From the NCBI GenBank assembly GCA_963760735.1, contig CAVXEB010000004.1, positions 519,995 to 583,994 of the forward strand: a stretch of DNA of 64,000 bases, read 5' to 3'. Positions 47,742-59,856 of this stretch are shown piece after piece (position 1 is the first letter of the stretch; each line of letters opens with the position of its first letter). The position numbers and the translations under genes are program-made. Source of the DNA: an uncultured Chloroflexia bacterium. Its GTDB lineage: Bacteria > Chloroflexota > Limnocylindria > Limnocylindrales > CSP1-4. A model generated the notes under the pieces. That model was not told where the DNA came from and did not search any database. It saw only the letters and a program-made list of their open reading frames with translations.

Positions 47742-50097
47742 ATGACCCAGATCCTACGGGCGCTCAGCGTTCTCGCCGAGCGCACGATGCTCCCCCTCAC
47801 CGCCGGCGGGCTGGTGCTCGGCCTCGTGGCGACACTCGGCGGCAACGATGCCCTCGCCTGGTGGGCCTGGACCCTCCCGGCCCTGCTCGTCGCCGTCTGG
47901 CTCGCCGCGTCGATCGTCGCCGACCTGATCAAGCATGAGGCGGGCGTCGACATCATCGCGGTCCTGGCGATCGGCGGAGCTCTCCTGCTCGATGAGTCGC
48001 TCGCCGCCGCCGTCATCGCGGTGATGCTCGCCACCGGAAACTGGCTCGAACGCTTCGCGGCGGGCCGCGCCCATCGCGAGCTCTCCGCGCTGATCTCGCG
48101 GGCTCCGCAGACCGTCCATCGCCACGAACGGGGCACGATCGTGGATCACCCAATCGCAGTCGTCGAGGTCGGTGACCGGATCCTCGTGAAACCGGGCGAG
48201 GTTGTGCCGGTGGACGGCGCCGTGACGGGCGTTCCGGCGATCCTCGATGAGTCGGCGCTCACGGGGGAATCGCGGCTCGCCACCCGCCAGCCAGGCGACC
48301 CTGTCAGCTCCGGGACCCTCAACGCTGGGGCTCCGTTCGACCTTGTCGCCGCCGCGACGGCGGAGCGCAGCACGTACGCGGGCATCGTGCGCCTGGTCGA
48401 GGAGGCGCAGTCGTCGAAGGCGCCATTCGTCCGTGTTGCGGACCGCTATGCGCTGTTGTTCGTCCCGCTCGCGCTGGGCCTGGCCGCGCTGGCGTGGATC
48501 CTTTCCGGGGACCCGGTCCGCGCGCTCGCGGTCCTCGTCGTCGCGACTCCGTGCCCGCTGCTGCTCGCCGTGCCAATCGCGATCGTGGCCGGGATCAGCC
48601 GGGCGGCGCGCCGAGGGATCATCGTGAAGGGCGGGGGCGCTCTGGAGTCCATCGCACGGGCGCGCGTTCTCCTGTTCGACAAGACCGGAACGCTCACGGC
48701 CGGGCGCCCCCAACTTGCCGATGTCGTGACTGCGCCCGGCCAAACCGAGCACGATGTGCTGCGGATCGCCGCCTCACTCGAGCAGGTCTCGCCACATGTC
48801 CTCGCGTCCTCGATCGTCGCCGGCGCCCGTGAGCGCGGCGTCGCGCTCGTGCTGCCTGAGAGCGTTGTGGAGGTCCCGGGCTCTGGCGTCTCGGGTGGCG
48901 TCGCCGGTCACACGGTCCTGGCGGGCACATCGGACTTCGCGAGTGGAGGAGCCGGCCTGCCTGGCTGGGCGCGGGACGTCCGACGCCGGGTGAGCCTGGA
49001 AGGCGCGACGAGCGTGTTCGTGGCCATCGACGGGGTCCTGCTCGGGGCACTCGTGCTCGAGGACCCGATCCGCCCCGAGACGCCCAGGGTCATCCGATCG
49101 CTGCGCCGGGCCGGTGTGCGCCGGACCGTCATGGTGACCGGCGACCAATACGGCGTCGCCGACATGGTGGCTGAGGCGATCGGCGTCGATGCCGTGCTGG
49201 CGGAGCGCACGCCCGCCGACAAGGTGGACGCGGTCACGGGCGAGCGAGTCGAGGCCCGCGGCGTCCTCGTCATGGTCGGCGACGGGATCAACGACGCGCC
49301 GGCCCTCGCGGCTGCCGATGTCGGCGTTGCCATGGGCGCCCGCGGCGCGACGGCAAGCTCCGAGGCCGCGGATATCGTCATCACCGTCGACCGGCTGGAC
49401 CGCCTGCCGGAAGCGATCCGGATCGCCCGCCGGTCGCGCACGATCGCCGTCCAGAGCGTGGCGGTCGGGATGGGCCTGTCGATCGCGGCGATGCTGGCGG
49501 CGATGACCGGCGCATTAGCGCCTGTCGCCGGCGCGCTCCTCCAGGAGGCCATCGATGTCGTCGTGATCCTCAACGCTCTGCGGGCGCTGGGCGGTGGCCT
49601 GGAGAAGGTCCCCAAGATCCCGGGCTGGACGGAGATCAGCACCCGGCTGCGCAACGAGCACCGCGTGCTCGCGCCGTCGATCGCGCGGCTCCGAGCGGTG
49701 GCGGACGGGCTGGGCGACTTGCCGGCGGGTTTGGCCCGCGACGAGCTCGAGGAGATTCGCTCGTTCCTCCTGACGACGCTCATTCCCCACGAGGAGGCCG
49801 AGGACCGGGAGGTGTTCCCGCTCCTCGCCGTGGCGATCGGAGAACGACGACGTGACGGCCTCCCTGCACCGCACCCACACCGAGATCTTCCACCTGATCC
49901 GATTGATGGACCGTCTCGTAGCGGAGGTCTCCGAGGAGGGTCCGGGGCCCGAGGACCTCACGGACCTGCGACGCGTCCTCTACGGTCTCGACGCGATCCT
50001 GCGCCTGCACATGGCCCAGGAGGAGGAGCTCTACTCGGCGCTCGGGGACGAGCACCCCGATGCTTCTGCCTCTCCCGCCATCACCGAAGCGGCCTGA
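47742..50097 (+). CDS. P1B-type heavy-metal ATPase, P1B-5-like (TPCP motif, no N-terminal HMA), with C-terminal hemerythrin-like domain. There is an apparent frameshift at ~49850 inside the hemerythrin domain.
   Basis: LTGESRL, ATPCPLLLA (TM6 TPCP), FDKTGTLT, MVGDGINDAPAL. Hemerythrin-like HEEAEDREVFPLL continues in the next frame as TEIFHLIRLMDRL ... LRLHMAQEEELY (ORF 49852-50097). Confidence 0.6.
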
Positions 50098-50479
50098 TGA
50101 TGGGCCACTCTCGAACGATAAGCCGCTCAAGGGTCGCACCGTTTCGTGACCAACGGCGCTTGGAGCGCCGCCGTTCCCGGGCTACCGTCATGGACAGAGG
50201 AAGGCGCGCCTCGCGCCGAATCAATGGGCCGACCTCGTCGTCAGCCGCCTATCGACTGAGGGATCTCATGACGCCACCCACAACTTCCACTCCGCGCGGA
50301 GTCGGAGTCGGCATCGGGGCCGGGATCGGCGCCGGCGTCGGCCTCGTTGTTGCGCTTCTGGTCGGGGTTGAGGTCGGGCTTGGGCTCGCCTTCGGGGCGG
50401 CACTCGGCGTCGTCGCGGGACTCTTGCTCGATTCCGCCTGGACCTAGGCGGACCGCGGGTACGACCTGAGAGGACCTCG

Positions 50480-51229
50480 ATGGCAACGCACGCCGACGAA
50501 GTGAAATCAGCTCCATTCCCTGGGGGCATGTCGCGCGCGCACTCGAGTCCCGGAGCTCGCACCGTCGGACGGTCGGGCCTCGCGATTCGGTGGCTCGCAA
50601 CCGCCGCCATCCTTGTCGGCGCCGTCGCCGGCGCGACCGCCGTCGCAGTCCTCAATGGCGTCTGGTTCGACCTCGTGAACGGAATCGTGCACGCGACCGG
50701 GAGCATCGCCCGCGGGCTCGTGTACTCGTCGTGGCTCATCGTGATCGGCGTGCCAATCGTCGTTCGGCGGCCACGCGCCTTCGGCTTCCGAGTCGCTCAG
50801 ATATCGGACCACCTGACCCTCGTGGCGGGTGTCGTCGTCTTGGCCACCGCCGGGACCGTGTTCCTGCTCCAGCTCATCGGCTCGACGCCGTACAGCGACG
50901 CATCGCTCTTCATCGAGGTCGTCGACGTGCCGTTCACGGAGGAACTCGTCTTCCGGGCGGTCCTGCTGACGGCACTACTCGTCGTCCTCCGCCGACTGTG
51001 GTCGCCGGCGACGACGGTGGCCCTGGCGATCATCATCGACGCGATCGCATTCGGCACGGCGCACCTCGCGAACCTCACGGCCACCGCGACGATATTCACT
51101 CTCGGTCAGGCCGTATTCGCCACCGTCCTCGGCGGGCTCTGCGCCGTCTTGATGGTGCGGACGAAGAGCGTCTACCCGGCGATCGCACTCCACGCTGCCG
51201 TAAACGCCGCGGTCGTTCTCGCCTCGTGA
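50480..51229 (+). CDS. CPBP-family intramembrane metalloprotease (CAAX protease / Abi-like)
   Basis: EELVFRAVLL, FGTAHL, HAAVNA motifs. Confidence 0.65.
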   Translation: MATHADEVKSAPFPGGMSRAHSSPGARTVGRSGLAIRWLATAAILVGAVAGATAVAVLNGVWFDLVNGIVHATGSIARGLVYSSWLIVIGVPIVVRRPRAFGFRVAQISDHLTLVAGVVVLATAGTVFLLQLIGSTPYSDASLFIEVVDVPFTEELVFRAVLLTALLVVLRRLWSPATTVALAIIIDAIAFGTAHLANLTATATIFTLGQAVFATVLGGLCAVLMVRTKSVYPAIALHAAVNAAVVLAS

Positions 51230-52353
51230 CGGTCGTACGGTCGGACGATGCGTCTGGCGCTGACCCGCTGCTCCGCTCCGCCGGCCCGCTGCTCACGATT
51301 GGCGGGTTCGCCCTCGTCCTCGTCGCCGCGCTCGCCCTCCGCGAGGTGGCGTCGCTCGTCGTGCCGGTACTGTTTGGGCTCTTCATCGCTCTGATCGCCT
51401 GGCCGATGGTAGGCACCTTCGAACGGCGCGGCGTTCGACACGCGCTCGCGCTGGCGGGCGCGATCGTGGTCGTTCTCGCCGTCCTTCTTCTCGCGGGGTT
51501 TATCGTCGCGCTCTCGGTCGGTGAGCTCGTCGTCCAGGTCCCCAGGTACGAGAGCGAGCTGAACGCGGCTTTGGTGGCACTCCGCGATCTCCTCGCACAG
51601 GTCGGGATCAACGCCGATGCCGGCGCCATCACAGCGATCATCTCACCGGAGCAGGTCTTCGCCGTCATCCGGCCAGTGGCTTCGGCCGTCTCCGGGGCCG
51701 GCGCCGCGCTGTTCGTCCTCGCCCTCACGATGATCTACGCGCTGGCGGGCGGATCGTCGCTCCGGGCGCGGGCGGCGGCGGCGTTCGGCGAGCAGCATCC
51801 GCTTCTGGTCGGCATGGAGCGCTTCGGCGCCGATCTGCGTCGATACCTCGTCGTGCGCGCGGAGCTCGGGCTGTTCGCGGCGGTGCTCTCGTTCCTGCTC
51901 CTGTTCGTGCTCGGCGTGCCGTTCCCGGTCCTGTGGGCGATCCTCGTGTTCGCGGCCAGCTTCGTCCCGAATGTCGGCACCTTCATCGCCGTCATCCCGC
52001 CGACGATCCTCGCCTACCTCGACAGCGGACTGGGGGTGGCGGTGCTCGTCGTCGTCGGCTACACCCTCATCAACGTCGCGCAGGACCAGTTCCTCCAGCC
52101 GGTGGTCGTGGGGAGCGAGCTCAACCTGAGCCCGCTGGTCGTCTTCCTTTCGGTCATCGTCTGGGCGTGGATCCTCGGCCCGGCCGGCGCGCTCCTCGCG
52201 GTCCCGCTGACCATCGGGCTGGTCATGCTCCTCGAGGCATTCCCGTCCTCGCAGGGCGTCGCGGCCCTGCTCCGCAACAAGGTCGAGCCGCAGCCTGGGA
52301 TCGTCGACGAGGCAGCCGCGCTGGCTCGGTCAGCCTCGGATCTACCGACATGA
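51226..52353 (+). CDS. AI-2E family transporter (UPF0118/PerM-like)
   Basis: GTG start overlapping the upstream stop; 8 TM; conserved PFPVLWAILVFAASFVPNVGTFIAVIPP and LSPLVVFLSVIVWAWILGPAGALLAVPLT. Confidence 0.65.
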   Translation: MTVVRSDDASGADPLLRSAGPLLTIGGFALVLVAALALREVASLVVPVLFGLFIALIAWPMVGTFERRGVRHALALAGAIVVVLAVLLLAGFIVALSVGELVVQVPRYESELNAALVALRDLLAQVGINADAGAITAIISPEQVFAVIRPVASAVSGAGAALFVLALTMIYALAGGSSLRARAAAAFGEQHPLLVGMERFGADLRRYLVVRAELGLFAAVLSFLLLFVLGVPFPVLWAILVFAASFVPNVGTFIAVIPPTILAYLDSGLGVAVLVVVGYTLINVAQDQFLQPVVVGSELNLSPLVVFLSVIVWAWILGPAGALLAVPLTIGLVMLLEAFPSSQGVAALLRNKVEPQPGIVDEAAALARSASDLPT

Positions 52354-52474
52354 GGAGTCTCTGCGGTCGTCGAGCCGGGCCGACCAACCGGTGAAGATGA
52401 CAAACAGCCCTGCTGCCGTACATGCCGGCGGGAGGATCATCTAACGAGAGTCGATCCCCCTCGGAGGGCAACCG

Positions 52475-53380
52475 GTGCGGATTCTCCTAGCGATCGACGG
52501 CTCGCCGTCGTCGATCCAGGCTCGCGATCTGGTCGCATCGCTGTCGGTCCCGAGTGGGTCGTCCGTGACGTTGCTCACGGCGTACGACTTTCCCCTTGCC
52601 TGGTTTGGCGATCCGGTGACGTCTGGAGGGGCCGGCCTGGCGGAGGCCGAGGAAGCGGTGCGCCGCGAGGCGGACGCCACCCTGGTCCGGTTGGCCGCGC
52701 CCTTCAGCGGCCGCGACTGGTCGGTCGACCGACGGGTTGTCCGCGGCCGCGCGCCGGGCGTGATCGTCGAGGCGGCCGCCGACGTGGGCGCTGATCTCAT
52801 CGTGCTCGGCTCCCGAGGTCACGGCCCGATCGCATCGATGCTGCTCGGTTCCGTGTCCGCCGAGGTCGCCGAGCGGGCCAGCTGTTCGGTCCTGGTCGCT
52901 CGAGGGTTGGGCGTGTCTCGTCTGCTCGTGGCAACCGACGGCTCGCCGTGCGCGGAGCTCATTCCTGACTTGCTCACCACGTGGGGAGCATTCGAAGGGC
53001 TTCCTGCGGTCGCCGTCAGCGTCACGCCGGTCGATTCGCCCGCCTTCGATTTGTTGGTGAGCCTGTACACATTCGGCAGCCTGACGCTCGAGCCCGAACG
53101 CGAGGAAATGCGGAAGCGCCACCAGGAGCACGCCGCGGCGATGGCTACACGGCTCTCGGAGAAGGGAATCCCGGCCAAAGCGGAGGTTCGGACCGGGGAC
53201 GCGGCACACGAGATCATCGCCGCGGCTGCCGAGCGCCAGGTGGACCTCGTCGTGACCGGCTCGCGCTGCCTGCACGGCCTCGACCGATGGCTTCTCGGAA
53301 GCGTCTCGCGAAACGTGCTCCTGCACGCGGGCGTTTCCGTCCTGATCGTCCGGCGGAGCGCCTCAGCCAGCGGATCGTGA
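52475..53380 (+). CDS. Tandem universal stress protein (two UspA domains)
   Basis: MRILLAIDGSPSS ... DLIVLGSRGHGPIASMLLGSVSAEV and a second LLVATDGSPCA ... DLVVTGSRCLHGLDRWLLGSVS. Confidence 0.75.
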   Translation: MRILLAIDGSPSSIQARDLVASLSVPSGSSVTLLTAYDFPLAWFGDPVTSGGAGLAEAEEAVRREADATLVRLAAPFSGRDWSVDRRVVRGRAPGVIVEAAADVGADLIVLGSRGHGPIASMLLGSVSAEVAERASCSVLVARGLGVSRLLVATDGSPCAELIPDLLTTWGAFEGLPAVAVSVTPVDSPAFDLLVSLYTFGSLTLEPEREEMRKRHQEHAAAMATRLSEKGIPAKAEVRTGDAAHEIIAAAAERQVDLVVTGSRCLHGLDRWLLGSVSRNVLLHAGVSVLIVRRSASASGS

Positions 53381-53421
53381 CCCCGACTTCCTGGGACACG
53401 TCCCGGCCAGGGTGGGGAATG

Positions 53422-56220
53422 TCAACCGGCGGCACGATCACCGTGGCGTGCGACTCGCGGCTCGGACCCGTGGACCTGCGCCGACGCTCTCGGTGCCCGG
53501 CCGGCGTGCGGCCCGGACGTCCGGCGCCCGACCCACTTCTCGACCTCGACGGCCGTGAAACCGAGGGTCGAGGCGACCAGGACCAGTAGCAGTTGGGGCA
53601 GGGTCAAGGCGACCGTCCCGAAGATCGGCTGCAGGGCCGGGACGAAGATGAGGGCCATCTGCACGACGAACGGTGGCCGCCACCGCGATCGTCAGCGGCA
53701 GGTTCGATCGGAGGCCGAGCCGGAACAGGCTGTCCGTCTCCGACCGGATGGCCAGCGCGTGCCCGAGTTGGAGGAGCGCCAGGGTCGCGAAGACCATCGT
53801 CTGCCACGGCCAGCCCCGGCCGATCGCGTATGCCTGGACCGCGAGAGCGACGGACGCCATCAGCAGCCCGACCCAGATCGTGTGCTGCCACAGGCCGCGG
53901 GCGAAGAGCGATTCGGACGGCGATCGCGGCGGCCGGCGCATCGTGCCGCGCTCCGTCGGCTCCACGCCGAGGGCGAGGGCCGGCAGCCCGTCGGTGACGA
54001 GGTTGACCCACAGGATCTGGACCGCGAGCAGCGGGAACGGGAGGCCGAGGAACGGGGCGAGCGTCATCACCCAGATCTCAGCGGAGTTGGTGGTCAACAG
54101 GTAGCGTACGAAGCGCCGGATGTTGTCGTAGATCCGGCGGCCTTCCTCGACGGCGGCGACGATCGTCGCGAAGTCGTCGTCGGCGAGGACCATGTCGGCC
54201 GCCTCCTTGCTGACCTCGGTCCCGGTAACGCCCATCGCGACGCCGATGTCGGCCAGTCGCAGGGCCGGAGCGTCGTTCACGCCGTCGCCCGTCATCGAGA
54301 CGACCGCCCCACGGCGCCGCCAGGCGTCCACGATGCGGAGCTTCTGTTCGGGGCTCGTCCGCGCGTACACGGCCACATCGGCCACGATCGCGTCGAAGGC
54401 GGTCGTCGTCGAGCTGCTCGAGCTCGGCGCCGGTCAGGCTGCGTCCGCCCTCGCGCAGGACGCCGATCCGTCGCGCGATCGCGTTGGCTGTCAGCGGGTG
54501 ATCGCCGGTGATCATGATCGGCGTGATGCCGGCCGCACGGCAGGCCGCGATCGACGGGGCCGCGGCCTCGCGCGGTGGGTCCGCCATCCCGACGATCCCC
54601 AGAAGATGGAGACCGTGCTCGGCGTCGTCGAGCCGGGCAGGGACGTCGTCGATCGTGCGCTCCGCGAATGCGAGCACGCGGTAGCCGTCGACGGCGTAGC
54701 GCTCGGCGACGCGCTCGGCCCGCCGCAGCACGTCGGCCTCGATCGGATCGAGAAGGGGTCCCATCGCCTCCAGCGCGCCCTTCACCGCGACCCAGACCTC
54801 CGCACCGGCCCGGTGGATGGTCGCCATCCGTCGCCGCTCGGAGTCGAATGTCAGCTCTTCGACCCGCGGGCGGGCGGCCGTGACCACCTGCGGATCCACG
54901 TCGAGCTTGGCGGCGAGGGCGAGCAGCGCTCCCTCGGTCGGATCGCCGCTGATGGTCCATGAATCACCGCTGGTCGCCGGGGCGTGGAGCGATGCGTCGT
55001 TGCAGGCCGCGGCGACCGCGGCGAGTCGCTCCAACGCGGTGTCGTTCGCCGGCTGGGGATCGAACCGTCCGGTCGGCGCGTAGCCATCGCCGCTCACGCG
55101 ATAGTCGCCGCTCGGCGTCCAGACCCGCTCGGCCAGCATCCGGTTCTCGGTCAGGGTGCCGGTCTTGTCGCTGCAGATCACGGTGACCGATCCGAGGGTC
55201 TCCACGGCCGGCAGCTTGCGGACGAGCGCGTGTCGCTGGGCCATTCGTCGGGCACCCAGCGCCAGGGCGATCGTCACGACGGCCGGCAGCCCTTCCGGGA
55301 TGGCCGCCACCGCGAGACTCACCGCTGTCAGGAACATCACGTCGGCCGGCTCGCCACGGGCGACGCCGCTGACGAACACGAAGATGCACACGAGGAACGC
55401 CGCGACTGCCAGTCGCTTGCCGAGTGTCGACAGCCGCCGTTGGAGCGGCGTCCGGCCACTGCCGTGTTCCTCGAGGAGTTCGGCTACGCGCCCGAGGGCC
55501 GTCTCCATCCCGGTCGCCACGACCAGGCCCAGGCCGCGCCCATAGGTCACCGCGGTGCCACTGAAGGCCATGTTCCGTTGGTCGGCGAGGACCGCCGCGG
55601 TGACATCCGAGATCGGAGCCGTGATCTTGCTGGCGGGCTCCGATTCCCCCGTCAAGGCCGCCTCGTTGATCCTCAGGGATCGAGCCTCGATCAGGCGCAT
55701 GTCGGCGGTTACGACGTCCCCCGGGTCGAGCCGCACGAGGTCACCCGGAACGAGCTCGGCCGCCGGGACGACGATCGTGACCCCGGCGCGAATGATCCGC
55801 GCCGACGGGCTGGTCATCCGTTTGAGCGCGTCCATCGCCTGTTCAGCCCGGTATTCCTGGACGAACCCGATGATCCCGTTGAGCGCGACGATGATCAGGA
55901 TGATGGCGGTGTCCTTGAGGTCGCCGATGGCCGCGGTGATGGCGGCGGCGGCAAGCAGGACCAGGATCATCGCGTTCGTGAACTGCTCGGCCAGCAGGCG
56001 CCAGGCGGGCTTGGCGGCACGCTCCTCGAGCTCGTTCAGCCCGTGGGTGATCAGACGACGACGAGCCTCATCGGGATCGAGGCCCCGGTCCGCATCGGAG
56101 CCGAGGGCGGAGACGACCTCCAGGGCGTCGAGCGCCCACGGGTTCGGGACGCGGTCCACCTCCGCTACGTGCAAGGTCTGCACGCCCGAGGATCCGCCAG
56201 CGGCCGGGAGCACGCTCATG
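53422..56220 (-). CDS. P2-type cation-transporting P-type ATPase (Ca2+/Mg2+-like) that needs two single-nt frame corrections (~54390 and ~53670)
   Basis: [24 protein letters not shown], (frame 2) [14 protein letters not shown] ... [13 protein letters not shown], (frame 3) [27 protein letters not shown]; start MSVLPAAGG ~56220. Confidence 0.6.
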
Positions 56221-56467
56221 TTGTCGGTTCCAGTTCGTCGCACGCGGCGTAGTCGGGGCGACGTCGGCCGGTACGATCCTGAGCCTCGACGCCGAGACGC
56301 GCCCGGCAAAAGTGCCGATCGGACCGATCGGCCGCATCGGCCGTCCTGAATCAGGCGATCCGGCACTTCGCGCCGAAGTCGGACCACCCTGGCGTTGGGC
56401 TCGGATCGGCCTCGACCGCGCCAGCGGACAGGTCCTGGTTCCAACGGAGACGAGATGGACGGCCCGT

Positions 56468-57198
56468 ATGCGTAGCGCGGCGCTCGACGCTCGATCGCTG
56501 CCGCAGGCCTCGGATCCACACGAGACACGGGCGAACAGCGTCCTTCGACCGATCGTCTTCGGTGCGAACGATGGGCTGGTTTCCAACCTCGCCCTGGTGA
56601 TGGGCGTCGCTGGCGCGACGTCGGACAACGGGATCATCGTGCTCGCCGGGGTGGCAGGGCTCATCGCTGGCGCCTTCAGCATGGGCGTCGGCGAGTACGT
56701 CTCGGTCCAGAGCCAGCGGGAGCTGCTCGACTACCAGCTGGCGTTCCAGCGCAAACAACTCCGTGAGGCCCCCGACCAGGAGCGGGCGATCCTGGCCAAG
56801 CTGTATGTCGAGCGTGGGTTCGGCCGCGACGAGGCCGACCGGTTCGTCGACGCCGTCTTCGCCGATCCGGACCATGCCGTTCGCTTGCTCATCTTCGAGG
56901 AGGTCGGCCTTGATGCCCGGTCGATCGGCTCGCCGCTGGCCGCCGCCGCCGGTTCGTTCGTCGCGTTCACGACCGGCGCGTTCATTCCGCTCGTCCATAC
57001 CTCCTCGGCGCCGGGATGCCCGCGTTCGTGGCCAGCCTGCTGGTCAGCCTGGCCGCGCTGGCGTTCCTCGGGGCGGGGATCGCCACACTGACCCGCCGAC
57101 CGGGCTGGTACGGGGCTTTGCGGCAGGTCTGCCTCGGCGCCGTCGCGGCCGGGTTCACCTACGCCGTCGGCGTTGTGATCGGGGTCGGCGCCCGTTGA
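56468..57198 (+). CDS. VIT1/CCC1-family iron/manganese transporter, with a frame break at ~56995 caused by a C-homopolymer contraction
   Basis: RPIVFGANDGLVSNLALVMGVAGA; a C-terminal helix appears only after a +1 shift (PYLLGAGMPAFVASLLVSLAAL ..., ORF 57016-57198). Confidence 0.6.
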
Positions 57199-57489
57199 GG
57201 CGATGTCACGATTCGAGAGCTAGCGCGATTCGGCAGACGGTGGGGACCGCGACGTTCGGCGGTACGGCAGGGAGGCCGCAAGACTTCTCCACTCGGCCCC
57301 ACCGACATAGCGGGTCAGCATTGTCGCGCCACGTCGATCGAGCGGTAGCCTGCCTGGCAGGCACCGGGGCGCTCGGACTGGCCGCCGGAATCCCGAGCGT
57401 GATCTTGATCCTCTGCTGTCCGGTGAGAAGGCCATAGCTGGAAGCGGTGCCAAGGGCAGTGCCAGCGGCTGGCAACCTCCATGCCGCGC

Positions 57490-58293
57490 TCAGCGCAGGA
57501 GGTCGCGGCGACTGAAGAGCCACAGCGCGGCCGCCCAACAGACGGTTGCTAGGGCACCGAAGATCGCGAGGCCCTCCAACGGCAGGCTGCCAGCGTTGAT
57601 CACCGGTGCCGGTGAGAAGTACCGAAAGGCGCTCAGGTACGAAACCCACGACACTTCTGGCGCCAGCTTGGCAATCGTCTGGCCTAGATACATCGTGACG
57701 AGGAGCCCGGCGACGAGACCGCCAGCGAGCGAGCGGCTGAGCGTGACCACCGACAAGAGGGTGGTCAGCGACGCGATCGCGCAGGCAAATGTCAGAGCCA
57801 GGACGGCGACGACAGACCAGCGAGCAAGATCGACCGGGACACCGACGACGAGGAGCGTTCCGACGATTGCGGCCACCATCACGACCACGAGCGCGCCCAG
57901 CACGACGAGCTGGGCCGCAATCGCCGTCATGAGGTAACTCGTCCGTGAGATCGGCGTTGCGTGCGATAGCTCGAGGACGCCGTGATCGAGATCCGCCCCA
58001 AGTGTCCGGGTCGGGATCAGGATGGCCGCGATGGCAGCGAGCAGCGGCCATAGCATCGAGAGCAGGTATACATTGAAGTAGGTCCCCTGTTCCGCCAGGT
58101 TCCCCTCGAGACCAAATGCAGCGCTCATCGCCTTGGGGAAGTTCTTGATCATCGTCTCGACGAGCTCGGTATCGGCAGCGAGCGTCGGGTAGTACGCGGC
58201 GATGAACACGGCGTAGAGAATCGCCGTGAGGCCGAGCCAGAACGACAGGACCCGGCTTCGGCGGAGCTCGAGACGGAGGACAAACGCATTCAT
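57490..58293 (-). CDS. ABC-2 type transporter permease
   Basis: 6 TM, ABC-2 family profile; start overlaps the ATPase stop. Confidence 0.65.
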   Translation of the reverse strand: MNAFVLRLELRRSRVLSFWLGLTAILYAVFIAAYYPTLAADTELVETMIKNFPKAMSAAFGLEGNLAEQGTYFNVYLLSMLWPLLAAIAAILIPTRTLGADLDHGVLELSHATPISRTSYLMTAIAAQLVVLGALVVVMVAAIVGTLLVVGVPVDLARWSVVAVLALTFACAIASLTTLLSVVTLSRSLAGGLVAGLLVTMYLGQTIAKLAPEVSWVSYLSAFRYFSPAPVINAGSLPLEGLAIFGALATVCWAAALWLFSRRDLLR

Positions 58294-59222
58294 CAGGCGA
58301 TCTCCCGAGTCACAGCGGGTCCCGCGGCGCCGTTGCCGGTCGCGTCGGACTCGTAGAAGCGAAGGAAGACGTCCTCGACGTCGGGGGTGGTGATGGCCAC
58401 GTCCCGGAGTTCCAACTCGACGATCCGCCGCAGTAGCGGACGTACGTCGCCCCGGACCATGAGGTGCACCTCGCGGCCCGTGTCCGCGATCACCTCCACG
58501 TCGGGCATCTCAAAGACACCTGGATCGTGCGCCTCGGCGAGGGCGAGGTTGACCGATCGCCAGTGCTCGCCGAGGAGTGCCTGCACCGGTCCCACTTCAG
58601 TGAGGCGCCCCTCCCGGATGACTGCGACGCGGTCACAGCATCGCTCCACCTCGGGCAGGTTGTGCGAGGAGAGGAAGACCGTCCGACCCTCGGACCGCGC
58701 CTCGGAGACCAGGCTAAGGAACTCACGCTGCATCAGCGGGTCGAGACCGCTGGTGGGCTCGTCCATGATCAGCAGCTTCTCGCGACCCATGAAGACGGAG
58801 ACCACGCCGACCTTCTGACGATTGCCGCGCGATAGCTTTCGAATCTGGATGCTGCGGTCGAGCTCGAGTCGCTCGGCCAGCCGCCTCCAGGCGCCCGCGG
58901 GAAGCCCACGCAACCCGGCGAGGTAGTTGAGCTGCTCCGCCACAGTCAGCTCGCCGAGGAACCCAGGATCACTCCCGAGATAGGCGAGGTTGCGGTGGAC
59001 AGCTGCCGCCTGCGCCCAGGTGTCCAGTCCGAAGATGCGGGCCATGCCCCCGTTCGGACGGATCGCCCCGAGAAGCAGCCGGATCGTCGTCGTCTTGCCG
59101 GCGCCGTTCGGCCCGAGGAAGCCGAAGACCTCTCCTTCGTCGACCCCAAAACTCAGCTCGACGACGCCCCGACGGGAGCCATATCGCCTGGTTAAGCCTG
59201 TCGCCTCGATGACCTCGGACAT
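58293..59222 (-). CDS. ABC transporter ATP-binding protein
   Basis: GFLGPNGAGKTTT, LSRGNRQKVGV, LLIMDEPTSGLD. Confidence 0.8.
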   Translation of the reverse strand: MSEVIEATGLTRRYGSRRGVVELSFGVDEGEVFGFLGPNGAGKTTTIRLLLGAIRPNGGMARIFGLDTWAQAAAVHRNLAYLGSDPGFLGELTVAEQLNYLAGLRGLPAGAWRRLAERLELDRSIQIRKLSRGNRQKVGVVSVFMGREKLLIMDEPTSGLDPLMQREFLSLVSEARSEGRTVFLSSHNLPEVERCCDRVAVIREGRLTEVGPVQALLGEHWRSVNLALAEAHDPGVFEMPDVEVIADTGREVHLMVRGDVRPLLRRIVELELRDVAITTPDVEDVFLRFYESDATGNGAAGPAVTREIA

Positions 59223-59720
59223 TGCCGCATCCTTTCAATCTGCAGCGAAGTGTCGGACGCGAGTTCGCCCTTCGTCCTGCTCGGAGCCGGCTCAGCCGGG
59301 GACGGTGGCAACTCGTCACCGGGTACATCGATCGGTCTCGCCGGCACCCTGGTCGATCGATTTGGCCGTGCGCTCGCGCCGATCAGGTTGATGCGGCGTT
59401 CGACAGCCGGGGCGACGCGCGGCCCGAGGATGATCCCGATCGGAAGCGCCACGATCGCCGGGACCCCGATCAGGAGCAAGGCTGCGTAGGGAACCCCCAC
59501 GACGCTGAGCATGATGCTGATCGCGCCGATCTCTCCACCTAGTGAGGTGGCCGACGCAAGCGCCCGCGTCATCCGCGCCGAGACATAGATGACGCCGGCC
59601 GCGAGGCCCAGGGCAAAGGCCCGGATGCCCCGTCCACCGATCCACGGCGTACCAGATGCCGATGCCTGCCAGCGGCCCTGCGATCGCGACGCCGAGCGCG
59701 GGGAGATTCATCGCCTCCCG
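59192..59720 (-). CDS. Hypothetical small membrane protein, apparently frameshifted (two partial ORFs 59192-59572 / 59316-59801)
   Basis: MNLPALGVAIAGPLAGIGIWYAVDRWTG (frame a) and SLGGEIGAISIMLSVVGVPYAALLLIGVPAIVALPIGIILG (frame b). Confidence 0.3.
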
Positions 59721-59856
59721 CTCGCGCATCTCGTCCTCCTTCTGCCCAAGGAGACTTCCGGTGAAGAGGACGCTACGGGACTCGGGACGGCACGGCGTCA
59801 CCCCGATCGGGGAAGTCCGTCACCCGTATGGGTGAAATCAGGCCGTATGGGTGAAA

